Shown: piece after piece, positions 38,460 to 51,800 of the stretch
Numbering within the stretch: the stretch's first letter is position 1
How the letters are laid out: the number at the start of each line of letters is the position of its first letter
NCBI RefSeq assembly: GCF_026571515.1
Contig: NW_026858315.1
Location: 62,001 to 126,000, forward strand
Direction: 5' to 3'
DNA: 64,000 nucleotides
Source: Ruditapes philippinarum
Taxonomy: Eukaryota
Program-made: the position numbers and the translations under genes
The notes under the pieces: model-generated
What the model was told of the DNA's origin: nothing
What the model saw: the letters and a program-made list of their open reading frames with translations, nothing else
Databases searched by the model: none

Positions 38460-41400
38460 ATGCATCTTAAGTTGGCATACATTTTGGCGTTTTATTTTGC
38501 CATTATTCCTGGACAAACAAAATATTGTTGCTATCCTGTAACATGGGAATCTGTTAACTTTGAAAGAGATGGATTAGTTGGGCCAGGATCAAAGACAGCA
38601 GTCATTAATGAGGTGTGTAGACTTTATATTGATGTTTAGATTTAGAAAACAACACATTTCGGGATAAAAATGAAACAAAAAAGTTTACGGATGCTTTAAA
38701 CTAAGCTTTAATTACAAAAGAAACGTGTGATAACAGTTTTATTTACTATACATTATTTGCCGTCTTTTAAATTTAATTGAAATAACAATTGAACAAAGTC
38801 GTACAGTATGGTCAGCAACATGTTTCTTTACTGTTTCTTCGCAAACAAACTCTTTGGCAAGAACCATTGTCACTGGATAATAACTGATCATGTTCTACTT
38901 TTATCATAGATAACAGAAAAGTTGTCAGTTGATGGAGTTAATCAAAGAATCGCTTCATTTTCGATAGTAAATACTGGGGGGTACCAGATCAAAGTACAGA
39001 TTCTACAGCTATATAACAAGGTAACTTGATTTAAGATAATCGGAAGTCTTCAGCTGAGCCCTCACCATCAACTCGATTGGTCATGGTCGGGGACTGGTCT
39101 GTCTTACTCGATGGTCTACCTGGCTATAGGTCGTATATAGGTAGGAGATGGGACGGGTTGTCCGGTTAAGATCATAATGAATTTGGAAATGAGTGTACAT
39201 ATGTCGTGCGTGCAACCTGATCGTACTTGTACGAACTTGGAAGAGAATATTTGTAATATAATTGTAATATAATTATCAGCTTGTTTTAAAAGACGATCAA
39301 GCGACGGTTGGTCCTAGTCGATATCGTTTTGGCTTCCAAAGGATTAAGAAGTCAGGTTCTAGAAAAGGTTTCGGATAACTATATCAAATCTATATATGAC
39401 CATACATTGATCATAAAGGTATCGTTTTGGCATTATTGACATCTCATGTCATGATGTTGAATAAATTAGTCGTGAATGCAGTGATATTTCTGCTTGTGTT
39501 CTATATTGCATATACCCCAGTGTTATCTTTACATAATTTTGGTTAGGTAAATAAATATATAAATAACTTCTTTCAAACGATGCAAAAATAGAACCATAGA
39601 ATATACTTCTAACAGGCTATTATTATGGATTATTTTTAAATATGGAAATTCTAAGAATCTTGCATGAGAATAAGGACAGTGTTTATAATTGCAAAGGACA
39701 TGTCTGTTATATAATTACTTCTTTAATAACAGAACAGAACTGATACTTTATTTAGATTTGTACAATTTACATCATCTCGTATATAATACAATAATATTTA
39801 CAAACATAAAAGTCCGTGTGTACATTTAAAGGTAAGATATATTCAGAAGATACCTAAAGGAAGTCAAGATCCGTGTATACGTAAGATTTCATTTGATTCT
39901 CTTTCTACTGTCACTGATTGCGTGTTGTGTTGTTTTGTTTTGTTTTTATCAGAACATCATGTATATAGCTGAGGGCGGTACATGTAAGACATACAAACTA
40001 CCACCATGGAATCCAATCTGTGTCCCAGGTAGGTTGGTATCACCTGTCTTTAAATGATTTAGATAAGTTGTATTATATCCAATGTGTGACCGGTAGATAA
40101 ACTAGTTATTCTTCCTTTATAAATGGTGTTGATTTCGATTAAATGAAATCAATGCCTTAGATACTTCTGTGTGTCGGATATATAGCCTATACCTAATGTC
40201 GTGCAAGTATCATGGTCTCGTTTGGTATTCAATATTCTAAATGTTACGCTAGAAAAGTCCAGGTCGACATTCAACCGAACGCGAATGTCGTGCTGAATGT
40301 AACGTCGACAAAAGGTTTGTCCACAACTCAACTGACAACAAATGTCGTGCTGTCGTGCAAGCCGGACATTCCTTGTCGACATTTTCACTGAATTGTGATT
40401 TTTTGCCAGATTCACAATCTTACACAATATTTCAATTTATTTTTATACACGCAACGTGACTTGAACGATAAAATGGATATTTAGCTCTAAACTTTCCAAA
40501 TGCAAGACAATTTTTTATGTACTTAATTGTAACCTAACTTGTACGGTAATGTTTCTGAAACAACAACAACAAATATTACAGATAGTGCTACTCTAGCAAA
40601 GAAGACCTATTACGGATTTAAGGACAAAGTTGACGTGGATATATACGCCGTAGTTTCAGGCCCGAAAACAAGCTACTTGACAATGACACGTGCAGACTGT
40701 GTCCCCGTTTATCAAGCATCTTATGGACAATCACAAGCTGGTTTGTTAATTCAATTATTTACCATCACTTTAATATAGTAATATCTTCAACTCATTTGTT
40801 ATTTGATCATTTGTCTGAAGTAACCACATTTATTACAGGAACTCCCCTGAGATCCAAAAGCCTTAAAACATAGAATTTACATTTCTTGACTAGATAAGCT
40901 TTGGCACATATGAAACATATGCCAAAGGTAGTAAAGAAATATATTTAAAGTCATATTTTGGTGATGTTCTTAGTCCGATTTTAGTGAAAAGCGTTGCGAC
41001 GCTTTTAAGTTGGGGTCATTTTTCACAACTAAAATTATTATTCAGAAAAACGGAATGAGAAAATGATCTGACATTTTGCACACAAGATATTGGTCTAGAC
41101 CTAGGTCAAACGGAATGTTTATTACAAAAGAGTTATTACATGGCCCATCATGTCAAAATTCCTCAGTGGAATCCCTTTAATTACACTATGTAGAATAATG
41201 AATGGTGTTTCATTTCAGTGATAGTAATTTTGTTGTTGATAGTTCAAATGACAGATTTAAATAAATTTTTGCTTAAAATTCGAAAAGAATATAATCTAAA
41301 GACAAAAAGTTTTTTTTCTAGAATTCTGTTTTATCTAAAACTGTTTTTGGAAACCTTCGGAATTGACAACCTATTTTTCAGGATCTGAGTTGAGTTTTAA

Positions 41401-42210
41401 GACATTCAGTGACATAACTCTTGGAATAAAAGACCAGTCAGTCTTCGATATTCCATCAAGCTGCACCAACATCACGAGTATTCCGACGGTAAGTTTAGTA
41501 TCATTATCTCTTTTTTTACGCATGGAAATGAATTTTGTATACCATGCTAGGACGGCCGAACCATTTGGAACACCTTGCCTTTTATCGTCTCGGAAATAAT
41601 ACGCAATGGAATTTGTGTCTAGTGACTTTCAGTGAAAAAGCAGACAATGTAATCATAACGAGTAACGAATAACGAATGTTTATTTGACATCCGTTTCTCG
41701 TTTCCGTTTGTATATCAGTATTTATTCAAGACATTCAGTTTAATTCACATATAAACAATTTTCAATAGTAATTTTCTTGTATTTTCGGTTTCTAAAGTCA
41801 TGTAGTCATGAGCACATGAATAATGTACTTTTTAAGTATAAATTTTAGATAAATAGCTACGGCTCTTGTTACTTTCAATCAGATGTGTCAACAATATTTT
41901 CACGGTAATCTTTGGTGCTACAACATCTCAGATAAAATTCAAATCAAATTGTACACGATACAATGAAATAATCAACTCAACAAATGCAGCATGAAGTTAC
42001 TAATTGTTTACATGTTTATATTGTGCGGCTAATTCCGTTCCAAGTATTCATACTATTGAGTTCGGTGCGGAAAGGGTCGAAATGTCTTGATAGCGGTATA
42101 TACTTGTAAGATGTCATCTTTGAATGCAAAGAGTAATCGATTAAAACATCAAGCTCTTATTATTTCAGATAATGGCGAAAAAGCATGGGTTGTACTGGTC
42201 AATCGGGTGA
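38460..42210 (+). CDS. EPDR gene 3, intact, 215 aa; exons 38460-38612, 38910-39020, 39953-40028, 40582-40740, 41382-41488, 42169-42210
   Basis: Signal peptide, CCYPVTWE, CKTYKLPPWNPICVP, ADCVP, ITLGIKDQSVFDIPSSC. The GT-AG junctions give a continuous 648-nt frame; AATAAA at 42318. Confidence 0.88.
40837..41176. mobile_element. TTAA-type (Kolobok-like) MITE in EPDR3 intron 4
   Basis: ttacaggaactcccctgag ... cctcagtggaatccctttaa; central palindrome aaagcgttgcgacgcttt shared with 48916-49260. Confidence 0.55.
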
Positions 42211-42429
42211 CGCGAGGATGTGAGGGGATACAAGAATGTGTGCATTCTATAGGCTTAAATAATTAAAAATAGACAATTTACATATACATTAACAGTTTAT
42301 TTTACTTTTTAAAACGTAATAAAAACTTGATATCTGATATTTATGACTACAATAACAATTAATTATCACTGTACAGTAGTGTTAGCTTTATGTATAAACA
42401 TATAGCTGAGATTATGATAAATATCACTT

Positions 42430-43374
42430 TCAGTTCATGTGTGTATTCATGTGTAGTTGTAGTTGAATCTTCTGCGGAAAAGCTTTCGTACATCCGGGTT
42501 CCTGGCATTTGAATGGTTTTTCTCCAGTGTGCAATCTTTCATGCACAGTTCGAGTATATTTACTATTAAATGACTTGTAACAGTATGTGCATTTAAATCT
42601 TTGGTTGTCACGGTGATAACGCTGATGTTGTGTAAGTGAAGACCTCTTGGCAAATTTCCGGTCACATGTCTTACAGTAAAATGACGTACTTCCGGTATGA
42701 ATATTCCTATGATCTAGCAGGAGACTGTTACTAGTGAATTCACGGTCACATGTATCACAAAAATGACCCTCATGAAGACGTTGATGTTTAGAAAAGAAAC
42801 ATGTGGCAACTATCTTGTTATCACAAAGGCTGCATTCAATTTGCTTTTCGTCAATGTTAATGTGTTTTGTAACATATCCATTCTTATGAAACAATTCTTT
42901 CTTCAAGTTACATTTCATACCTTGCATATAATGAAGATACTGGTGCCTTTGTGAGTCATTTTCGTCTTTGCACAAACTGTTACATGCATGACACCAATAT
43001 GATATTCTTAACACTTCACGAACTTGTGGTGATGCGGCTTGTTTTTCTGTTGCTAAGCAACAAGTAGTAGAATGGTAATTATAAACTTGCGCGGGAGCTG
43101 ATCTTGTTGCGCTTTCTGTATCCCCCAAAAGTGCTTCAATTGAAAATGGATGAGGTGTCCGTCGACTGAGATCGTTTGTTGTTTGTTTTACACGAACGGG
43201 CGCTGTAGATTCCAACTCAATATTCGAATCGCAACTGGGACGTAAGTCGGTTTGATCGACGAAGCTATCACATGTTTGACGTAACTTTGGTTGTGTAAGA
43301 TCTAGAGGGAAATCCTGTCCCGGTAGCTTGATCCCTGCAGCTTGCTGCATGATATGTAACATTATATCTTCCAT
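42430..43374 (-). CDS. C2H2 zinc-finger transcription factor, 314 aa, with PLDLT (CtBP-type) and FSIEALL (eh1-type) repression motifs
   Basis: About six C2H2 fingers with HTG linkers (HERLHTGEKPFKC); ATG at 43374 just after an acceptor at 43378-43380; upstream donor near 43734. Confidence 0.88.
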   Translation of the reverse strand: MEDIMLHIMQQAAGIKLPGQDFPLDLTQPKLRQTCDSFVDQTDLRPSCDSNIELESTAPVRVKQTTNDLSRRTPHPFSIEALLGDTESATRSAPAQVYNYHSTTCCLATEKQAASPQVREVLRISYWCHACNSLCKDENDSQRHQYLHYMQGMKCNLKKELFHKNGYVTKHINIDEKQIECSLCDNKIVATCFFSKHQRLHEGHFCDTCDREFTSNSLLLDHRNIHTGSTSFYCKTCDRKFAKRSSLTQHQRYHRDNQRFKCTYCYKSFNSKYTRTVHERLHTGEKPFKCQEPGCTKAFPQKIQLQLHMNTHMN

Positions 43375-45327
43375 TTTCTGTAAAAAAATATATATATTCA
43401 ATGCTTAGTATACATACAGTTTAAGCCGAGTGGAATACTTGTGAACTGTTGTTCATATATTTGTTATTTAAGTCTTATTCTTAACAGACATTTGTCGATA
43501 AATTTATGTTTAATTTAATTTTTACTGAAAATAGAAAATTTACACAGTAACCCAAACATCAGTGATACTGATTATCGTGACATTATGTAGAATAATTATA
43601 TTTTTTATCTATGCTACGATGATATAAAATATGTCTTTATATTTATCGAAAGTCCAAGATTATTTCTAGCCTATTTTCTCCGTTTATTTTATGCCATAAT
43701 TCCAATTATGTATGTATCCAAAGTAAAAACTTACCTTGATGTAATATAAAATTTACGTATGTAATATTTATATCAATGTTACAGCTCTTCAATACTATTT
43801 GTTGTATGTTTTAATTATCTAATTATTGTTAGATTATTTCAATGATGAATAAGTCGAGTTATGACGAATTGTGATTGAATGATGAAGCAATTTGATGTGT
43901 TTGTTTATAAACAGAAATTTTAACAACACTCTTTACTCAAATTGCACGTTGAGTATAAGCGCTTGTTAACTCCAAACTGTGGAAAGTGCGCCCCCTGTAA
44001 TCAAAGCTGATATAGTAGTTATGACTAATTGAGGGTGTTTGCGTGATTTAATATTTACACATTTAACACTAACAAGCTGAAATAAAACCAGTACAAATGT
44101 ATTTGATATTTTTCTTTAGCAACATATTCTTACCAATGTCAAATAAGTTATTAATGTAATAGTTATATGTATGCTTGTTATTTTATGTCTAGTTTATTTT
44201 AACATGATGAACTTTCGATGAATTCATTTTCATTGACAAATAAGAATTATAATATGCAAGAAACCTGACATAGTAGAATTTGATTTAACGCATGATTTAT
44301 ATTATTATAATTATATGTTAGAATATTAGATAAAATACTTTCCATTAATATTATGATAATCTAATTTCTTCCAAAGACCAATCTCACCAAACCGAATCAA
44401 AAGCTTGTAAAGGTCGATAAATATTGCCTGACTGTCATTTATTTGACCCGTAGCTCTAGCAATCTATACTATACCAAAATTATATTACAAATTATTTGAA
44501 GAAAAAATATACAATGAGAAAATTTTAACTAAATATTTTAGACTTCTAAGTATAAATATATAAATTCCAGTTTTTTTTCAACATATCTCTAGACTAAGAA
44601 AATATGGTATAAAGTATAAATAGCTATTGAGTTAAAACTTGCTTATTATACAATGTGTCGTGTACATGTTCATACCTTTACTAAACCTAAAAGGGAGATA
44701 AATTCAGCAGTCTTAAGTGTACAAATTTAACTATGTTTAATATATACATAAAAATGTCTTGTTTGCGCTTTACAATAAATTAAAATAAACAGACCAAAAG
44801 ACAGGCGAGTTTAAATACCTTTTAAGGTTATGTTGACGTAAAAGCGATTTTTTTTTCAATTCTTGGCCAAAATTCTTAAGGGCAACATTTTTATACATTT
44901 TGCATTCCTTTTAAGGCGTTAACTATAAATTCTCTAAAATAATGCAAAAGAGAGAATTTTAAACACACCAGTGACAGTTATTAATTAAATTAGAAATCTT
45001 CAAAGTGTCACAATTTTCATTAAATCATTCTATGTCAGAATCTCAGTGTGGAATAATTAGCAACTATGATAGGGTAATAAATATGACAATAAATTAAGTA
45101 TAAGTCTTAATGATATAAAGGTATAATATGAGAACTAACTTAGTATCAACCAGTTATCCCTCATTATATATGCTTCAAATCAAGTCAGGGATAGGTTTCA
45201 ATGTTTTCTAGAAATAAAATGGTCATTTATGCCATTATTTTCTGTAAATCTACAAAAAAGGGAGCAACAGAGTTTTTTTTTTCCTGCGGTCATAATACAG
45301 ATGTTATTGAACCAGCTTCAACTTTCG

Positions 45328-45856
45328 CACGGTGCATATCCATATCGGTACCCTCTTTGCGAAATTTACTGAAACGGTACCCTCTCCGATCATGCACAGG
45401 CCACTCTTTGCTGAAAACAAACAATCAATGGATACTCATACAGCTTATTTTCCTTCTACTGATGAAAAGAGGTAAGTCATGTGGTAAAGTAGTGTACCAC
45501 GGAACACTAGAATGTTTTATTTATGTGTTGTTTTGTCATGTGCCAATTTTTCAATTACTGCAACTTCAAAATAAGCTTCATAAAATCGACATGTCATGCC
45601 TCGCTATCGCCTCGACATATTTTGTCGGGCTGGAACGAACGAGTTATTTGATTATATACGCACCATGCATGTTACATGTGTTCATTTATTTATCATCTTT
45701 TGACAAACTGCAGTTATTAGTCAAAAATGAACGTTAAATACATAAAAACACCCTACTTTCGGTTTGGCAGCGGCACGGGCTACCTCTCTGTGTTTGAATT
45801 TTTATGTCACAGGTAACCTCTCGCTCATTTTTTTAACGCACAGGTACCCTCTAAGC
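45328..45856 (+). repeat. Left TIR (529 bp) containing exon 1 (ATG 45428, donor 45472) and GGTACCCTCT-type repeats
   Basis: Reverse complement of 56337-56865. Confidence 0.95.
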
Positions 45857-48800
45857 ACACGACTGTTTTTTTTTCTTTTTTATTTGTATCAATCGTTTAA
45901 TGGTTTTTTAGTATAGGTTAAAGTTTATTGGTCAGACCAATTTAATTTTGTAAATATGTACTAATAATTTGAACCGGCTTAGTGTTTTAAATTATTTTTA
46001 TAATAGACTGTTTTACAGTTTGCCGAGTAACCTAAGTAAATCTGTTATGATTTTGGTTTAGCATTTATAAATTAATGAATAAATTAATTAATTATTTAAA
46101 CAGTTGCATTTCTTTACAGATCTCGAAAACGTAAACGGAATTCAGGATTGTGGCTACACCATCCGAAAAAGAGACCTGTACAGAACATTTATGAAACAAC
46201 AACGAGAGCAACCAACCCATCATGGACGCCACAAAATATTTCAAGCACAGTCTGTCCGAATAGCGACGAACTTAGAGCCGCTCCTTCAAAAAACTGGACC
46301 AGGAATAAAACACCACCAAAGTCCAAAAAAGTGTTGTTTGAGACTGGCATAGAAGAGTCACTTTGCCAGGAAATTACTAAATTACTTCCAACAATCCTTT
46401 CAAATTTAGGACATGCTGGTAAACTTGTTGAATTTTGTCAGTTTCTTCGATTGATTGCCACAAACAAGTTTCCGTTACATAATATATCATTGTTACTTTT
46501 GCTTGATGTGGCCAAATGGTACTCTCTAGACAATACATCTCAAATGAAGTATCCACCTGAAACCATGCTTTTTTGGAAAACAATGTACCGATTATTTCAT
46601 GGGAAAGCTCTTCGTTTTATGAGCGGAGAAAAATCTTCAAGTCAAGTTCTTAATGAACAACGTGGTACCTGTACGCCTCAAAACACTTCCATAAATTTTG
46701 CAGTACCAAGCGTTTTTGCCATTAATAGCTTTGTAAATACAGAAACTGCAATTCCAAAGGAAATTCGTCCTGGTATAATAAAGCAAGGTATAGAATTGAG
46801 ATCCAAGGAAAAATGTTATGTTCTAAGTGTAGATGGCAAGAAATTGGCACCAGGTTTAAACAGAGAAAACGGCGATCAGGATCTTTTTGGGCATGAACAA
46901 ACTGAAACTTTAAATCAAACAAAGGAGCGTCTTGAAAACGAAATTAACTTAATTGAAAGGGTTCACGAGTGCTGGAGCAAACTGGACAATGACGAAAAGT
47001 GTGAACGTTTGGAAAAAATAATTAAGACAATATCATTTCGTATAGTAGAAATGCGGAAACTGTTTTTAAAGCAGACACTGGCATTGAAAAGGTTCCAGAA
47101 AGAGGCTGGTGAAAAGTGGAGAGAGTCTAGGTTAGTTTACGCCATCAGCAGTGTGCAAGCCCAGATATTCCAAATACGGTCAGTAGTAAAAAGGCTTCTG
47201 CATATAAATGATCTACTTCTTCAAACTGGATCAGCGATTAAGCAATCACAACGCATTACTAATACCTTCAGTTCTGAAAGTACTATAGATATCAGTGGGC
47301 AGGATAACTGTATAAGGCTTAAAGAAGTAAATGAATTGCCTCAGAATGAGCAGCAGAATATTCGCTTTATAAAACAACGATCTGACGAGTGGTTCAAAAA
47401 CAGGAAAAAATACAAAATAACTGGTAGTACATTATATGGAGCACTGGGTTTAGATACATTGAAAAAACAGCAATCTCATTTTGATCGTGTTGTAAAAGGA
47501 ATACAACAAGATGAGACTTTCTCAGAAGAAGTACAGCATAGGTTAGATCATGGCACAAAGTCAGAGATTCACGCCATAGCGACTTTAGCATCAAAGATTT
47601 TACCATTCTACTATCATGATCTCAAATACATTGAAGAAGGTGCACATGCAGTTGATTTTAATAGTGAACCATTCATGATGGTATCACCAGATGGCAGTTT
47701 ATGTTACATGGAAACAAATAGTGATTGCTTACCTTCACCTCTGTTTGGCTGTGAATTCAAGTGTCCTGTGCAGGCAGAATACAAGACTCCAGTGCATTAT
47801 GAAATACCGTTACGGTAAGAATCAAATTAAAGTAGCATGCTTCCAAATGCATGCTAATTTTCATGTTAATTTTGAAAATATATCTAAAGGTGAAATATTG
47901 TGAGGTGAACAAATAAAGTATTTGACATATTGCAAACAGCACTTACAAACCACGCAAATTACCATAAAAAAGTCAAATTTGGAAAAACAGTCCTTATTGC
48001 GTTAGTAACGAAGTAAAGATATGGTTATAAATACTTCAAAATCGGTCTTATATAGCACATAACATGTAAAGTCAAACTTGGATCTTGACTTGTTTAACCT
48101 TTCTTAAAATTTTAGTATATTTTTCCCAAATTTTGTTTTTCTTGAAATATTTTGGCTTATCTGGAGACATGCAGCTTTAAAAGTAAAGAGTAACAGTAAT
48201 GAACTAATAGTGTTATGACAAATTTGGTGAACGTTTTAATTTGTTGTTGATGAAATGTATTTTTACATTAAAGTTGATCGAACAGTGGTTATATTGGAAC
48301 ATAGAAGATGTCTGTGCTGTGACTTTTGATAATGTAGCTTTAAGTATTATCTTGTAGATTGATATTTAGATTATTATAATTGCTAAAATTATTTATATTA
48401 TCATTATCACTGTAAACATTTTGTTTGTAGGTATATTCCACAACTATTGGCAGAAATGGCGAGTATGCGCATTGATAAGATGATATATCTATGTTGGTCA
48501 GAAGAAAGCTCAACTGTATTTATGTACGTTCTATTTTTAACAATCGGAGTGCGGAGTGAATCCGCCCCGAAAAATGCTCCTCATTCATCTTGATAAATAC
48601 TTAGAAACATAGAATAATAATTGAAATAAAATATTAAAGGCTCATCAAGGCTCATCAAGTCTGAAAAAGCAATCTGTTTTAAATTTTTAACAGCCTTTTA
48701 CCATTTATATCCTGTTACTGGTCAGAAAATATAACTCATTTGATTTATTTCTGATCCATCTTTTACATTTATTTCCAAATAAAACTATGTACATATTTGG

Positions 48801-51800
48801 AATTCAAAGAACCACTCTTTTCATTTTAATCACAAATATATTTATTTTTAGTTCTATTTTCTTCCGGTAGGAAATAGCAAACAAATATTCAGAAGTATAA
48901 ACGTATATCCGTTAAAGCAACTCCACTAAGGTCCAATAGCCTTAAATAATAAACTTTGAAAATCTTTTTTAAATCAACTGATACACTTATTTTTGAAACC
49001 AAGCAATAGATGATATATAATTATTCATGGTATAAAACTGACAATCGATTTTTTGTCGATCTTTGGCCTATTTAAATTAAAAGTAATTTAAGCTTAAAGC
49101 GTTGCAACGCTTTCATTTTTTGGACCAATTTGCACAGTGAAATTTGTTGTTTCTGTAAAACGGATTGAGCGTTATTGGTTAGACATAAATCTAGTCCTAC
49201 AAAATACTTGAACAATGTTTTCGATCTCTTCTTGTAAAAAAGAACCGCAGTGGAGTCGCTTTAAAGTATTTTATGAACCTATGTAACAATCATTACCTTT
49301 ATTATCAATAGGGCAAGTTTCGACCCAGAATTATGGAACATGATTTTGGCTGAGGTAACAACAGTTTATAATGGTTCAGACTTGAAAAGGCCGACTAAAC
49401 TATCGAAGACAAGTAAATCTATTGCTGAAAAAATGAAAGAGTACAGGGAATCTTCAACTGAACTACTCTGTGAAATACCATCTGTAAAAGGTATTAGCTC
49501 CCAAACGTCACAGTCTAATGACAATTCGCCCTACTTGTTTCCAATAACTGTCTTGAATGAGACTGAAAAATTGACGGAAATAGATGTTATAATGAATTCA
49601 GCAGTGTCCGCCGTCCGAGAAGTGCACGAGATTTGTAGAAAAAAGGCAACCGAAATTTTAGTTTGGTTGCTTAGTGATACTGACCGCACCTGGGATCCGG
49701 AAGTACCACATTCCACTCCAGTGGCGTATGCTATGGCTGGATACAGTCTACCAGTAAAGCCAATGCGAAACATGCATGAAGATATTTTAGAACATTGCTT
49801 TCAGAAAGGTATGAATGTTGTGTGTAGCAGTTTTGATGGTCAGTGGTTGAAACTTGCGACGAGGGATTCTAGTGACAGGCCCCTCACATTGATTCAGCTT
49901 CAGCGTGATGTATACGACAACGCTTCGAAAGTAAGCCGTAAAGAAATCATCAAACACTTCAAAGACTTAATGATAGTACAAGACACTATCAAAGATATCA
50001 AGTACGTCAGGGTGAACAACTCACTTACTGTATCGTCTACAAAACTAAAAAGATTAATGACTGCTATACGCAGAAGCAGAAGCCCGAATGAAATTTGTAA
50101 AAAGGGCGCTATTGACACTGATCTTAAAAGTGATAATTTATCCTGTTTACCAAATGAAGCATTAGAAACATTAATAACTGAAGAAATTAATGACACAGAA
50201 ACAGATGAAATAGTTTCTTGTACAGAAGATACACGCAATGTTCCTGTAGTTGTTGATGACAATGTTCACGATGACAATTGTGAAAATAATGTATCATTTT
50301 CAAACGTGCTTACTGAAAACGAATTAAAGACTGCTCTTTGTGAATTTCAAAACTCTAAGCAGAAGTCTATTAGTAAACGGTGGAATGGAAAATCAATAAC
50401 TGATTTACAAACATGTATAAACAATGTGCAGCTTTTAAGAAAACTAACACACAACGAATTAAATAGTCTCATTTATCTGTCTCTTCATTATCAGAAACTG
50501 AAAGGTGTTTATATAAGAAAGTCATGGTCAATATTGGAAAAAGTCAATGGGCTAAGCAAAGTAATCGGTAGCTGTGATCAAATAACGCAAGAGAAAACAA
50601 TTAAACAAATGAAATCATTAAGATATTTTTCAGCAAATGTCGTTGAGCGGAGTATGAAGTGTGTACCAAAGTCAACACTGAACAATTTGTACGCTGTCAT
50701 CTTATACGATTCCGAATACAAGAAGTGGCTGAATTCCTCCCCTTTTTGCGAAAAGATGCAAATTCAAGGATTAGGAGAAACCAAACTGTTCTCATATCCA
50801 GAAATGAATGAAACAAGGCAAAAATTGGAACACAGATGCGTTGATTATCACCATCTATTTGTCAATTTAAGAGTTAAAGTTTGCAAAGACGGTTTACAGG
50901 GTATACGCAAAGAAGCTTGGCACGCTGTTGCAGAGTTAGGTGATAATGTGATCAGTAAAGCTATTGTGATTGATCTTATTGATAAACAGAACAATGCATA
51001 TGCCAAACGTGTATTCTCCTCAGAAGTAGAGTCCGCTATGAGGTCATTGAATTTTTACAAAGAAGCAAATTTTTGTAAATTGGTTAGACATTGGTATCAA
51101 GCGGAAGACATGCCAGGTTTATCGGCAATTGAACGCTGTAAACGACGCATAGCATTGAAGAACTTTCTTCTTGATGGTGTAGATTTTGGTCAATATCCAC
51201 AACCTGGAATGTACGTCAAAGGATTTCCAAAAGTTATGTTCGAATCATTCCTTCAACGGATTGATACATCCTTCCAGTTATACTCTAGCATAAAAGGGAA
51301 ATGTTATAATCCTAGGGCAATATCTAGTCTAGTAAATGAGACATTTTTTGGGGAATTGTCAGATCTGGAACCGACGAAGCTTGGTTGTCCAAAAGCTATA
51401 AGTATACCCCGATTGATATCAACTGTGACAGAAATTCAGCATTACCGCTGTGATCCAACTAGAAGGCAAGAAATATAGTATAATGCTTTTTTTTTTTAAA
51501 TCACATAGTGCATATTTAAACATTAACTTGTTAAAATACAATCATTGCCATGTTAATGAAAATTTAATACATTGTATCATATAGATCGTATAAAATAAGA
51601 CGTAATATAGATATATTTTAAGTAAAATAATAACCGGCAGAAAAAAACAGATATTTCAGTTTGAGACACTATTTATAATTCAGTAAGCCATGTTTGTTTA
51701 AAGCCTTTGCATTATTAATTTAAAAACCATAACGTTTTCCAATGTGCACCACATCTTAACGTTAAAAGCTTATGCGTGTAGATGTCCGACAGAAGTCTGA

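Noticed and set aside
40190-40430. GTCGAC-rich imperfect palindromic segment in EPDR3 intron 3
   Set aside because: Probably a decayed MITE, but no termini or TSD could be defined.
45201-45737. 178-aa ORF and its mirror 56555-56836
   Set aside because: Non-coding frame of the TIR, duplicated only because the TIR is duplicated; the supported exon is in another frame.
46148-51478. Endogenous virus or phage fragment (because of YqaJ)
   Set aside because: Spliceosomal introns, TIRs, a TSD and DDE motifs are present, and no capsid, polymerase or packaging genes are seen.
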